A stretch of DNA of 61,854 bases, filler included, from Thelocarpon superellum (Eukaryota): NCBI GenBank assembly GCA_026025795.1. It is 3 parts of 3 records of this genome, joined end to end, with 100 filler letters (N's around TTAATTAATTAA, not from the genome) between each part and the next. Parts side by side here need not be neighbours in the genome. Positions count along the whole stretch, not along the records: positions 1 to 20,607 come from JAPEUG010000321.1; positions 20,708 to 41,307 come from JAPEUG010000322.1; 1 more part is not named here. The stretch is one strand, 5' to 3'. The notes under the pieces are model-generated. The model was not told where the DNA came from. It worked only from the letters and a program-made list of their open reading frames with translations, and searched no databases. This document shows positions 14,617 through 26,409 of the stretch, in pieces. The position numbers and the translations under genes were made by a program. Every line of letters begins with the position of its first letter. The first letter of the stretch is position 1.

Positions 14617-17600
14617 CAGGAAGTGGCGCCGGCGGCGGGGAGCAATGGGCAACTTGGTAAGCGACCGCCTGGATATCGTGATCTGGACTGTATGCACGTC
14701 GATATTGAGGCGTCTTGATGCCACGCAGTGGTGCGCAGGAGAGTCGGCCGGCCTTCGACACGAAACACAATGGGCAGGCGCCAAAGCTCGGGCGTTGGCC
14801 GGGACGGGAAATTATCTTTAGGACTGACCGGGACCCTTTGCCAACGGTCGCGAGACGAGGGGACTGTCGACGGCGCGGATCAAAGGGGGAAAGGGTGGCG
14901 GGGGAAGGGGGAGGGGGGCGGAGGGGGCGGAGGGGCCGACCGTGCAGAAGGCAGAGGGTGCGCGCGCCGTTGTCAGGCGTGAGGCGTGAGGGCAGGAAAC
15001 AAAGGGCGGCGGAGAGCAGGGCACGGAGGGGGTGAATAGCCAAAGCGTCTGGACTGCACGACGCAAGACCGGATGGAGGTTTCGCTGTCCGCTTCGCTTG
15101 CGCTTTGTGCGCACACGCTGGGGGGCCAGGAACCTCCCGGTGTCGATCCAAGCCCGGCGCAAGGACCAAGAACCAAGGAGCACAACCCGGTGATGTATGC
15201 GGTCGTTGGAGGAATGTTATGCCAATGCAAGCTGCGCGGAAGGTGGGCGGCCGCTGGGTCCAAGGCGTCCACAGCTCATCAAACGTGCAGACGCTCGATC
15301 AATGCGAGTGGGTCAACGGCGAGGAGGGGCACGAGACGGATGCGTCGTGAGGAGCGATGGGGCGTGAGGTGTGCGGTGTGCTTGGGAGCCCGATGATATA
15401 TCGTCCCTCTACGTAGATCACATGTCACTACGCCGCCCGCGAGAGCGTGGAAGGGAGAGGGCGCCGTGGGCAGCTCCCTCGCCGCCGGCACCCCCCTCCC
15501 TCTCATCCGGGGCGCGATGCGCCGGGAGTTCGCTCTGGTCTGAGCACCTCACAGGCCTGTGCAGCGACTCCTCGCTCGCTCGCTCTCGTCATACCCAGCT
15601 CATCTGCCGCGAGCCAACGCCCAGGACCCCGGAGCCAGGACCCAGGCCCGCTGCGTCAGAGGCAAGAGGGCGCGCAGCGCGATGGCCCTTTCGCCTAATT
15701 GGGGTAAACTTTGCCGTCGCCGGGTGCACACGATTGCCCTCATGCTAGTCAGAGCATAAATCGCTCGGCCAGTTGCGGGCCCTGGAGGGGGGGAGAGGCC
15801 AGCATGATGGACGGGGGTCCTGGTGAAATCCTCCGCCTGGAGCGAGCGAGGGTGCTTACGTGCCTGTCATGCGCGCATCCACCACTTTTTTTTTCCATGA
15901 TGCTGGGGCCGCATCCCACCACGATCCGGGGGGGACCCCAGCAGCAGGGGCTACTGAGGTCGTGGTATAGCCGCAGGGTACGACGAAGGCTTGCGTGGGC
16001 CCTATGGACCCCTGCTCGAGCCAAGCGAGGCTAGGATGAGAGAGGCAGCAAGGGAAGCGGACAGGGCCGGACAGGGGGGCGACAAGTGTTCGACGCCGTC
16101 GCAGCGGAGCCAGGGATCATGGATGTGGGAGGGTCGCAGGCAGGGGTGTGTGCCCGGGGGCAGAGTGGTGGTGGCAGAAGTGCCTCTGCTGAGGCCTGTG
16201 CTTAAGCTTCCGTGCTAACAATGTTCTGACAGCTTAGCCAAGGGCGCGGCATGGGGTTGGAACAGTCGCATCAATCACAGCCTCGGGGTGGTCGAGGGGC
16301 GGCCAAGGTGACGGTGACGGCGGCGGTTGCGTGGCCGGTCACCCACGCACACCCTCCGCGCGGGCTCGCCCCGGCACGATCGGGGCGACATGGTCCTGGC
16401 GGGAGGGTTCGCCGTAGAAGCCTCATCGAAACAGCTAACCCTGGCCGGGCCGGCCAACGTCGACGGCGGCGGCTGGTGGCTGGACTAGAGCAGGGTAATC
16501 TAAGATACTCTGGCTGGCCCTGGTCGCTGCAGGCTTCCAGGCTTCCATTACCTTCGAGCGGCTCGACGACACGCGACGGGAATGCTGCATGCCCTCGTCG
16601 CCAGACGCTGGCCTCGCCCCGGCCGCCGTGGGCGTGGCCCATGGGCACCGCCGTCGGCATGGGATTGGCCGTCGCTGGCCGCCCGCCGCCCGCCGCTCGC
16701 CGCAACGTGCAGCGGGGGTCATTGTTGACAAAGATACGACGACAGCCATAACGCATGGAGCCGATCATGTGGCCCCGGCTCCAAGACGGAGCAGCGCTCG
16801 CGGTCGGCGCATTACGCTCGGCGCTCGTGCACCCTTCCAGCCACGATGAGAGGGTGGGGCGGCCGCGTGCGTGCGTGCGTCCCCAGGAGGAATGGCAGAT
16901 GCCGGCCGGTCTCCGAGCCACCCCTGCCGGCCTTGACGGCAGAGGCCGACGTGTCCGAACTCGCCCGTCACGCCCACTGCCCTGCAAGTTTCGTAGGGCA
17001 ATGGGCACGAACGTCAACCGGCTAGTCCTCGTCCAGGCAAGCACGGGCCAATTGCCCCAAAAAGCTCCGATCACGAAGCGTGGGAGCACTGTTTCCGCCC
17101 AAACGAGGCTAAGAGGATTAGCATCGTCGTGGGCATGGCCTGACGTTTGGCTACGTGTGGTCGACCCGGGGCCGAGCTCCGCTTACTGGTCCTTGGGCGT
17201 CTCCGTAATCCTCCTTGACCGGCGTCCTCCTCGTGCTAGGAGGTAGAAGGCAGTCCTTTCCTCGTACGATGTCGTGGCCCAAAAGGTTGTCTGCGAGGAT
17301 CTCAAATACGAGTCGTGACGAGGGTGCTACGCATGAACGTCAAATCTGTTTTGCGCGCTGGAAAATTCTCTCGAGAACTACCCAGGTTGGGCTCAAAGTT
17401 TGTTCGCGGTCGGGATCATGTGGTAAGGATGACCCGGACGGTCGGTTTGCCTGGCCGGTCCTGGCCGGCCTTCAGGCGGCCGCCACTGCGACATGCGCAT
17501 TGCCAAATCTCCCAACCCGGTCGCCGGCGTGGAGACGACACTGGCCTTGTCCGGGGCACTGCGAGGTCGTCGCGGCGACGGCGGCGCCGGGCACTGGGCG

Positions 17601-20600
17601 CTGACGAGAGGATGCCCGTTTGTGGCGAGCACGCCAAGGACCGACCATCATGCGAAACATGGAGGTGGCTCAGCACTGGGTCCATGCCGCAACGTAACGG
17701 ATCCCCTGGGGGCTCGTCGCCAACTGGCCCTTGACTGTGGGATGCTATTCTGGTCCACCCGTTTGAGTAATGGTGATCGGATCGACACCATGAATGAATA
17801 GAGTCTGCCGCACAGGCCGTTTGACATGCGCAACGGCAGTAGTGGGCGGCGCATGGGAGCCGGTCTTGCGGATGCGACGGTCAAGGTCTTCGTGGTATGC
17901 CGACTCCGCCGTACAAGTACGAGCAGTCGTCAATGAATCTTCCAAGTCAAGAATGCCCCTAAGGAGCCATGCGAGAGCGTTGAGAGTTTGGTGCCCGGAT
18001 GACCAAGCAATTTGGCCCACGTCATCTCGCTCATCCTCACGCTTCTAGTGGACGCGTGAGATTAGTCGTCCAGAGGACTACTTTGAGTCTCCAAGCCTCC
18101 GTCCCTGCCTTCGAAGCAGCTACTTCTCCCAGAAGTTGGGACTGACGTACGAAGCCCCATACCGTATCATACGAAGGGATGGGGAAGGCCACCACGACTC
18201 GAGATTGGAAACTCGAGGCGGCGGGTGGCGCCCTGCTCTAGATTAAAGGGCCGTGTCCGCCAATCCTACGACCGAGACGAAGCGGCATCACTTTCACGGT
18301 ACGAGTACGCGTGGTGATGTTCAGGCTCGACGTGCCCCTTTTTCTCACCTCCCATTGTTGATGCCATCACGCGCTGCTCCGGCTGTCGCGACTCGGCACC
18401 TCGCGTCCTGGTGTAGGAGTGGACTGACGCACCGTGCATCCTTCCTGCTCGCCAGGAGCCAGAGGACCCATCCGCCTCCTGCAGTCTCGTTCTCGCTTGC
18501 TCGGTCGCAACAGGGATTCGCGGGTAAGAGCGCAACGACCAAGAGGGGCCCCCACTGCACGACATTCGTCTTGGCGGCAAAGTCAGTGCAGAGGCCCGCG
18601 CCCGGACTATGTGCGTGTACCTGTACTTCTTCGGCAACTAGCCGACGGAAAGATACTCGAGATGGGTGTGGAGATCTTGGCCCTTCCTTCCCTTCCCTGC
18701 TCTCGGCCATGATGGCCGCCCTGATGGCCGCCCCGATGGCCACCCTGATGGCTGCGTTGATCGCTCTCTCTCGTATCGTGCAAGTCCTGTACGTGGCGTG
18801 ACAAGAATGCTACCCGCACCCGCAAACCGACGACTTTCAGGAGAGGTTGCGGCTGGCCATGCCGTTTCCCTTACCCAGAGCTGCCTTAGCGGCGTCAGAT
18901 CTACGCCACCTGACGGCTGCACTGCGATATGAATCGACGGAATCTTCTCGACGCTTTCCCGTCTCTCTTAGCGGCTGCATGGATCGTTCAATTATTCCGA
19001 TGATGCTCGGCTGGAAGCGCCGTCTGGCAGTGTCCATGGGGTTTGTACAAATGCAAGTACTTAAGCCGGAACGAAGCATCTTGCACCATCACCCTGCACA
19101 ATTTCACTGCTCCAGTCGATCCTGGGATGCGTCGCTGCTGGCGAACCCTATTGGCCGCCTCGACCTTTCGCCCGAGCGAGCCCCTCCGTGGTCGAGAGGA
19201 GTGTGACGACGTCGAGCCAAGACGTATCCATGCTTAGACCAGGGTTGTAGTGGACCGCGACGAAAGCTTGTCACGCCAGTCCCTGGGCAGGGTCAGGTCG
19301 AGCAGGCCTGGCCGCCTACCCGGCAAAGATGGGTGGGAGTACCCGTACACGCGTCCATGAGACGCGCGATATATTCCGTAGTTCCAGCGAACCCTCAGGG
19401 TCGCTGATGCACGAACGAGTGGTGACGGTCGCCACATGGGTCTCGATGACTGGACTCGACGGCCTCTGGCGAATGGCCGGTCCTTGTCCTGTCAACACTG
19501 GGCCATGGTCGTTCACGCGAGACGATCAATGCAGTGACCCATCCCAAGCGTCCCCCAACAACGTCCTCGGCGGCTCGTCTGCAGTCTCGGAGTAGACCAA
19601 GTCATGACTACTCATGCTAGTCGTGGTGCTATTCGAGATGGAGCGACACCACGACCTGGTGCCGATTACTTGTACCGGTCAAATTAGGCCGGCTGCACAT
19701 CTAGCCGTCGCCCACGACCGTCGCGGAGCTTAGTCGCTCCGAAGAACGATGGTCAGGTCCGCTTCCGCGATCATCCCTCCAACTGTCTCGTCGGGAGGTC
19801 ATCCTCCGGACGCCACGCCCGCGCGGCCAAATGACCAGACTCACCCGTGGCTCTTATCGTCGATGGCGTGCCTCCACGGACCCGAACCCATGATGGGGGC
19901 CGTGGGGACGGGCTCGCACTAGACGGACCGGCCAACCATGCCGGCCACCACGATGGACGCTTGGTCTCCCCGGCCAAAGACACTGGGCACGGCCAGCCGT
20001 GGTTGTGGCATCCAGAGGAGCGTGGTCGAGGATGACTTAGTCCGGGCCGACGGCCCGTGTGGAAGGGTACACTTGGGTATCTGACCCTCCGCGTCCCTGC
20101 GCAATCCATCCGGCCTCCCAGCATTGGTGCCCGTTTCAACCGTGTCTGCAGGCCGCATCGATTGCAGGGCGCACCATTCGTCCGGAGAGCTGTCCATGCC
20201 CCGTCTCCGTTTCATCATGTCGCAGCCACGTTGCAGCGTGGCATGGCAGGGCGTGCATGGTGTAGCTCGTCGCCCGCAATCGGCGTTTGCAAAGATCGTC
20301 CCACACGTTTCAATACGACGGTCGGTCGGTATCGTTGACTCGACGCCCACTCGCATCAAACAAAGTGTCAGGCAGAGTTTCGCCCCGCGACCGATTGACT
20401 CCGTGCCTACGCGAGAAGTCACATCGGCCGATCCCTTTTCGAGAAGGGGCAGCGGGACGCGCTGAGGGTGTGGGAAAATTATCAACTCGACCACGATTGT
20501 CGAGCTTCCTGCAGCGCTGGCGCAGGGTGCTGCGATAGAGGGGTAAGAGTGCATTGCCGAGGCGCCTGGGCCTCATTCTGATCTTCTGCAACCCACCCTC

Positions 20601-20607
20601 CCCCCCC

Positions 20608-20707
20608 NNNNNNNNNNNNNNNNNNNNNNNNNNNNNNNNNNNNNNNNNNNNTTAATTAATTAANNNNNNNNNNNNNNNNNNNNNNNNNNNNNNNNNNNNN
20701 NNNNNNN
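20608..20707. other. Artificial contig spacer (N44-TTAATTAATTAA-N44)
   Basis: Exactly 100 nt with a six-frame stop linker. Identical copy at 41308-41407. Confidence 0.98.
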
Positions 20708-20837
<130 letters not shown>

Positions 20838-21881
20838 ATAGGCCACCGGAGCGTGGGAGCGTGCCTTCTCGAGGGCCCCCCCCCTCACGCTACCTCGTAT
20901 TTGCGGCAGATTCTCTCCGAGTCCCTGTAAATTCCAAATTCATGGCGAGGGTCAGCTTTCACCTCTGGACAAGTCTTTGACGGTCTGCATTCAGCTTTCC
21001 CAAAGCATACGTCACCGGCCCCGCGGCATGGGGACCCTCTCCACCTGGGCCATCGTTTTGTTGGACTTAATCCCGCTAGGATACAACTACTGCTAGTACA
21101 GGTAAAACGTCGTCCGTACTCCAGCAATGATCCGTTTCGACCTGCCACCAACACATACTTCGCACTTCATACACAAGAATAGTCGCCCGCATATCCCGTC
21201 ACGCAGCACCTCCTACTCGGTCTCTTTCCCTCAGCCGGGCATGGGTCATTAGGCCAACATTCGCCATGGGGATGCCTCGCGTCTCGCTACACCTGGCACG
21301 TTCTCCTGCCAATACCGCCCACCGTCACACCTGGATCTGCTTCTGCCTAAAGCAAAATCACCAAATTCCGCAAGGCCACACCCAACATTTTCCTCCCCAC
21401 GCTTCCCCTCTTACCGCCTGCAGCTAGGAACACTAAAGCTTGTAGCTTTGCCCCTCTCGTGTCGTCATGGCCATCGGTCGAGTGATAGTATCCATTGCGC
21501 ACTGTCCACACCCTCGCCCTTCCCCTCCTCTCAGGCGGCGTCCGATAAGAGGGTGCCTCCTATCGCGCTTCTCGTTGCCCCTGTCCCTATCATCCCCCTC
21601 CCCCCGGTCTTCGTGTGCCCCACCCGCCACAGCCGGCCTCGTGAGGCAGTACCGTGGCATTCACTCTGCGTTCGTGCGAGCGAATCGATTGGTTACGAGG
21701 GACCTGTTTGACGGCCCAATGCAGCAAAATTCCATAACCACATTCGAAATGAACATGCATTCTGTGCTCTCCCTCCACCTTGATGTCCGAAGGATGCCGG
21801 GGCTACAGGAGACATGGTAGCCTAGCGGACCCGGGACTGCCACCTGCTTCCGAATTCCGTCGTTGGGCCGGACTCTGTACA

Positions 21882-23742
21882 TCAGAAGACCAAGGTGACT
21901 CCTCGGACCATCGCCACCAACACCCCCAGCACACACAGTTCGTCCCACACATCCAGCGCTTTGGAGCGCTCGGAGCCTAACCGCGTCTGCACGCCGATCC
22001 GGCAGTGGGGGTGCCGGACTCCGCAGCGTACCCCACTAGCCGATGACTCGGACCCCGGCCGAGGCGGGACGTCGGCGAACTCGACCTGGACCTGAACGAC
22101 CTGGTAGATGCCCTTGCTGGTGCTGCCTGATTGCTGCTGTGAGGTCCAGCTGATCATGAGGTATCGACCATCCCCGCCCGCCTTACCTTCCGACACGTCG
22201 CTGGAGCCGTACCACGCGTTGCGTCTGCTCCTGGTTCTAGGGCCGGTGGCAAGCGCCGCCGACGGGGGATAGTACTGCCGGTGGAAGTACTCGGGGTATG
22301 CCCCACCCGCGTAGTTGAACCCGCCCGGTCCCGGCCGTGACTTGTACAGGACCTGCTCAGCTGACGACGCGTACCATACCAGCGCCTCGGCGTCACCGGC
22401 AGCAACGCCACGGCCATTCTTCCCCCCTGGCCCATGTAGGAGGGCTCCCTGTACGGAGCAAAGAGAGATCTAGACAGCGGACGTAGAAAGTCGAGTCGGT
22501 CAAGGTGTTGAAGTAGACCAGGACAAAGGTCTTGAAGTAGGGACTGAAGAAAAGGGTTCCCGAAGAGATTGTGCCAGAGAGGTAGAGGTCCTCGTCGTCC
22601 AACACGCTGGCGCTGGGCGCTGAAGATGTAAACGTAGACCGTCGACGATCGAGATAGACGTACGTTCTGGCGTCCGTCACGCTGGAAAGCGGCGCACGTG
22701 CGAGCTGCAACCCTGCACTGGCAACGCCGAGTAGGTACACGTCACGATCAACAACTGATCTCGCAGCGGCCTCGTCCTCGTCCTCATCCTCATCCTCATC
22801 CTCATCCTCATCCTCATCCTCATCCTCATCCTCATCCTCATCCTCATCCTCATCCTCATCCTCATCCTCATCCTCATCCTCATCCTCACCCTCATCCTCA
22901 CCCTCATCCTCATCCTCATCCTCATCCTCATCCTCATCTTCGTCCTCATCCTCATCCTCATCCTCATCCTCATCCTCGTCAAGACTCGCAGCGCCCACGA
23001 CGGTGGCCATGCCACCATACTGAATCTCGGGGGCAGGAAAGACAGCCTCCACCATTCGCGAGGCCACAGGCCCGTCCGACGACGCCGAGAAAGACGGCAG
23101 CGTCATGCCCTGCGGGACATACTTTTGCGCGGGTTTCCCCGCGGACAGATCCACATACACTACCGGGGCGTAGAGAAGAGCGTGGGTGGTGTTCATGGGG
23201 GCAGGAGCAGTGCCTGGCCCTATATTGCCCTCGCTCAGACCTCCACATCAGCGACGCTGACGCCCACGAAGAAGGGAGTGGCAGCACGGAGAAACGGGAG
23301 CGGAAGCGCTCACAAGTAGCGGTGCGGCTCCGTCCCTCATTCTCCCTGTTACACTCCATCTCCGACGCCGCGAACGGAATCCACCCGCCGCTCTCGTTCC
23401 CGGCTGGATCCGCGACCTGGAAGTCTTGCACAGTGCGACGGCTCCTGTCGAGCCGCGACGCGTACGATGCCGAGTTGGAGAGAAAGGCGAGCTGCGCACC
23501 GGACGTCGACGTCGGCTCGGTGTCGTCGTACAGCCAGATGATGGTGTCGTTGAGCAGGTCCGAGCATCCGCCGTCCCGCGAGAGGTGGGGCGCGTTGGGC
23601 GCGGGGAGATAAAGGATTTGTGGGCCGAGTACAGTGACCTTTTTGACGACGATGGGCGTCTAGGGGAGGTGAAGGAGCCTTGGACGGGAGTTATGCAGGC
23701 GATGAGAGCACATGCGGCGGCGCGAATGCGCTGCTGCCGCAT
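21882..23742 (-). pseudogene. Disrupted gene for a secreted, possibly GPI-anchored protein (DUF4185-like)
   Basis: Signal-peptide-like start MRQQRIRAAACALIACITPVQG (23742) is out of frame with the next segment (VTVLGPQ..SRDGGCS..LNDTIIWLYDDTE), which is preceded by an in-frame TAG at 23660-23662. One GT-AG intron (T|WPGTAP). Second frameshift at a G6 run (22422-22427) before GKNG..DAEAL..EQVLY..GGFNYAG..YPEYF. Hydrophobic C-terminus. Family call from memory of motifs. Confidence 0.6.
22771..22980 (-). repeat. (GAGGAT)n hexanucleotide microsatellite, 35 units, encoding ~70 aa of Asp/Glu
   Basis: Near-perfect CTCATC repeat on the + strand, in frame within ORF 22393-23196. Confidence 0.97.
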
Positions 23743-24025
23743 TGTGCGAAGGCGTGTGGAGATCTTGCTGAAGACGTCGCTGGAGCTGGTCAGGTGGATG
23801 TCGTGGACCGTGTGTCGGGACAAGGGCCTGTGCTAGCCATGAGACGCCCAGGGTGTAGAGGACGCAGGTGAGGATGGTAGGAGAGGCACACACATACATA
23901 CACAGCCAAGGCCTCATCCGGGGGCTTACAAAAGGAAAGGGCGGCTTCATACTTGTTCGGCTCATCACGAGAACCAGGATCACCGTGTCACTGGATAGAT
24001 TTCGAGACCGGGGACAGACATCAGT

Positions 24026-25814
24026 CTAGCCGGAGTGCTGCCCATCTTTAGACCACCGCTCTATGAAGTGTGCCTTGTCATTCTCCTGCTCCCGCACCTT
24101 GGTCAAATCCAAGGACGCCAACTGATTCCCTGTCTCGTCAATGCCTCGTGCTAACATGTGGAGTCGTGATTGCAGGTGCTGGTCAAAGAGATGGATCTCC
24201 TGGTACGGGCTGTCACGAAAGACGTCAGCCAGCAGGAGCTGAAGCGGTCGGTCGAGCTTGGCTAGGTCGCTGGCAATCATCGTCTCCGTGGAGGCATCAA
24301 CGGCGGCAACCTGTACCTGCGTTTGTGCGCGCCGCTCGCCAATCGCGTTGGAAAGGTGGGTGTGGAGATCTTTTCCGTCGCTCTTTAGTAAGGAGCCAAG
24401 CCCGATCGACTGAAGCAGGCGCAATTCCGGCGCGTGCTCCTGTAATGAGGAGCCCGCGGGCGTGTGACGAGTCAGCTGTGCCCGACGTGTTGGCGAGCCT
24501 GGGACCATGGACAGCGGTGCCTTCTTCGCGGGCGTAAATCCGGGTCCTGGGATTCCCACCGTTTCCTCAAGACCCTCTGCCCTTGCGGTGGTGGTCATGG
24601 CCGAGAGTGCTTGGCAGTGGGCCCGATGTTGCGACGCACGACTTGCCGCGACTTCAAGTCTTTGGATGGCGTATTCCAAGAATGCCATGACATGATCAAA
24701 AACAGACCGAGAGCGCTTGATTGCATCGGTATCGGAGCCATGCATGGCGCGCTGGAGTGGACGCAGGTAGACCTCTTGGATGGACATCTGCGCGACCGGC
24801 GTGATTTCGGAGTAGAGTGACTCGAGCTCCTGCAGCAAGGCATCGATCTCGGCCGATGTGGCGTCTGGGTCGTCTTCGATTTGATTTGCCGCGCCAGGGT
24901 CCGAGACGGCCTCGAGAAAAAGACGATCCAGCCGACACCGCGTCCTCTCTGCGACGAGGCGAACGAGCCTACGCGCATGGTCAGTAAGTCAAGTCACCCC
25001 TGTCATGCAGAAGGACCCAAGCTCCGTACATCTCGCCAAGTTCCTTGATCCGTCTCTCATAGTCTCCACTACCGTCTCGATCAAGTGTAGCGACGATTTG
25101 CTCGAGGCGTCGAAGTTCTCGGTCATCGTCGCGAAGGACATCTGCCACAGTGGATCGGAGCGCGTTGCTGCTCAGCTGGGCCTGCTGGCGTGAGGCCACG
25201 GCACTTGCGGAGAACGTTTGATAGAGATCCTCGGCCTGCGAACCGGGTGAGCCACCAAACAACTTGTCACGCAAACGTACAGCTACTGACTGCCCGTCCA
25301 ACCTGCTGCTGCTCGACTTCATGCGTCGACGTGTAGCCGTGTCGTCGTCGGTCTCGCGCACGTGTCGACCTGGCTCTCTCCCGATGGAAGCAATCGAACG
25401 CCTCCTTTTGACGGGCCAGCGTGCGGCAGTGTCTTTCAACGTCGGACGTGGATTCCCGGAGGCTTGCGATGCTCTCTCGGAGCTCCTCTTCCGAATATGG
25501 TCGCACCATAGACAGGTCGTGATTGGCCAGAATCTCTCGTAGCTGGCCATTCTCCTCGAGCTGGCGATACCTTCCAGCAAGATCTTCAGTCAGCGCACTG
25601 CGTCGTCTGTCGATGGTGGAGGTTCATACAGATCTACCTCTTCCACGCTCAAGAGGGTTTCCCGGCCGAGGTGCCCTCGAACCCACCGAACGACCTGACC
25701 CTGCGTCTTGGACGACTCAAATGCCCATTGGCAGTCATCGCGGGTGATAGGGATCGCTCGATCTCGCAGTACAGTAGACAGGAGGTCCAGCTCCGCTCCG
25801 TTGGGTGGTTCCAT
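24026..25814 (-). CDS. Probable augmin complex subunit (HAUS3/Aug3-like) coiled-coil protein; 4 exons
   Basis: N-terminus ITRDDCQWAFE...VVRWVRGHLGRETLLSVEEVDL|YRQLEENG (intron 25629-25571) resembles the HAUS3 N-terminal pattern (D..W.FE...W......LS..E...F..L...G). The remainder is heptad-rich. Confidence 0.6.
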
Positions 25815-26409
25815 CAAGCTTGACGACCACCATGGGGACTGGCTGAAACAGACGTTGAACGTTGGACTCTGGTCGGGGGCATATACGGAGACGCAACGGG
25901 ATCAAGGCGCAGGGGATTGTTCTTATGGATCATAGATCCTACTTCTCACTCTTACAAATAAGCCTACTGAGGCATGGCCGGCACTTGCAGCCGGCACCCT
26001 TGAACATCTGTCACTCCTGCCTCAAGCTTCATGGGGAGCTTGATTCCTGTCACGGGGTTACCTGACTGTATAGTCAGGTGACCGTGGATTAGCCTGGGTA
26101 TATCCCACTGTAGGCTAGCTAGCTAGAGGGAACAATGAACTGATAAGCATCCTGCCGAAGGCATAACAATTCCGACTCGGACGCGGAACAATAGCCGAGT
26201 CACGTCGCTCGTTTTGCGCGAACCTATGGAAAGAGCCTGCCGTATCTGTCAGAAGGGTCGGTCCAGAGCGCCGTAGAGGGGTAATTCTCGAGGCGACGCT
26301 TACCGTCGGAACGGGGGTGGGTGATCTCATCCAGCCAAGAGGATTTCTATGCGAGAACCTCCAGGTTGTGTCTGTGTGAGAGCCCCCGATTATACAAACC
26401 AATCTCACC

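Noticed and set aside
20652..20663. TTAATTAATTAA as a biological element (PacI site or TTAA target duplication)
   Set aside because: Centred in exact N44 blocks and repeated at 41352, so it is a synthetic linker.
22677..23612. Poly-(MR) and poly-(HP) ORFs
   Set aside because: Alternative readings of the GAGGAT/CTCATC microsatellite.
23660..23662. In-frame TAG rescued by A-to-I editing or readthrough
   Set aside because: The upstream in-frame sequence is not the signal-peptide frame, and a second frameshift downstream would still break the protein.
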